64,000 bases of DNA from an uncultured virus (IMG/VR IMGVR_UViG_3300006217_000037) (lineage: Duplodnaviria; Heunggongvirae; Uroviricota; Caudoviricetes), in IMG/VR virus record IMGVR_UViG_3300006217_000037. The stretch is one strand, 5' to 3'. The position numbers and the translations under genes were made by a program. Below are positions 63,431-64,000 of the stretch, one piece after another. The notes below the pieces were generated by a model. The model saw nothing but the letters and a program-made list of their open reading frames with translations, ran no database searches and was not told where the DNA came from. Within the stretch, counting starts at the first letter, position 1, and each line of letters begins with the position of its first letter.

Positions 63431-64000
63431 ATTCTCCCCGTATTCTTGTCAATGGCATATCCAATTTTAGGCAAGGCATTTCGTACCGTTTTTTCAGCCG
63501 GATATTTTTCGTCAGCAGCTTCGGCACTCTGCTTCATCTCCTCAAAAAGTTCCTTTACAGTAGGGTAAATATCATTGTGAGAAAAGCGGAAACTTTCAAT
63601 GGCAATACTGTACTTGTGCTGCTTGGTTTTCCTCTGTTTTTCTGCCTGCTTTTTTCTGGCATCTTCCCCCCGCTGGTAGGGCTTCACCTCGCCCTCCGGG
63701 TCGATGTCGGCCAAAACCCCGCTCTCGTCGTTGAGGTGAACGGGGAAGTCAAACCACAGGTTGACCGGGGGAAATTTCGGAAACTCTCTGAGCGTCCCAT
63801 CAATACGCCACCCTGTACGGGCCTCTGCGGCCTTTTTAGCGGCCTCTACGGCGGCCATAGTGTCCCTGTACCCCTGCGGCCCTAAAACGGCCTCTACGGC
63901 GGCCAGGGCGGCCTTCTCACTGCATAGATCGTCCTGGCTGACTTCATCCAATTTCCCCGCCGCCTGGAGGGCCGCCGTACAGGCCCGGCCCACAGCGTTG
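63415..64000 (-). CDS. Primase-helicase, 3' part
   Basis: WRIDGTLREFPKFPPVNLWFD identical to the 20177-22414 product. Confidence 0.85.
   Translation of the reverse strand, partial: NAVGRACTAALQAAGKLDEVSQDDLCSEKAALAAVEAVLGPQGYRDTMAAVEAAKKAAEARTGWRIDGTLREFPKFPPVNLWFDFPVHLNDESGVLADIDPEGEVKPYQRGEDARKKQAEKQRKTKQHKYSIAIESFRFSHNDIYPTVKELFEEMKQSAEAADEKYPAEKTVRNALPKIGYAIDKNTGRICPAP

Larger units (their letters stand above)
36906..64000 (-). mobile_element. Prophage B, myovirus-like temperate phage (right end outside window)
   Basis: Lysis, baseplate J, sheath, tube, capsid, portal, second terminase pair, late activator, RusA, Rep 3' end. Confidence 0.93.

Overview
The window holds two different temperate prophages of a high-GC Firmicute host (Oscillospiraceae/Clostridia-like by gene content; inference), lying in tandem and mostly on the minus strand. 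Prophage A (1 to ~36.9 kb, left end beyond the window) is siphovirus-like. It runs tail fibres, tape measure, head, portal, terminase, a C5 methyltransferase, replication and recombination genes, an immunity switch (cro / cI / ImmA) and a tyrosine integrase. The junction (36.8-37.1 kb) is the 3' half of tRNA-Thr(GGT) flanked on both sides by 11-bp arm-type repeats, which makes it a complete attP-like site. Prophage B (~36.9 kb to beyond 64 kb) is myovirus-like. It runs a lysis cassette, tail fibre, XkdK-U-type contractile tail, a DUF2184/DUF2213-type head, portal, terminase, late activator, RusA and the 3' end of a primase-helicase. The most notable observations are: (1) a portal with a C-terminal cargo domain followed by a small immunity-like gene, with a recurring Asp cleavage-like motif; (2) a split methyltransferase whose second subunit is encoded in an overlapping frame; (3) a DGR-type variable region with no RT or template repeat seen; (4) Rep C-terminal domains and iterons exchanged as a matched cassette; (5) a two-RHH/HNH insert with its own promoters; and (6) face-to-face lytic/lysogenic promoters. 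All family calls come from motif recognition by eye. No database searches were run.
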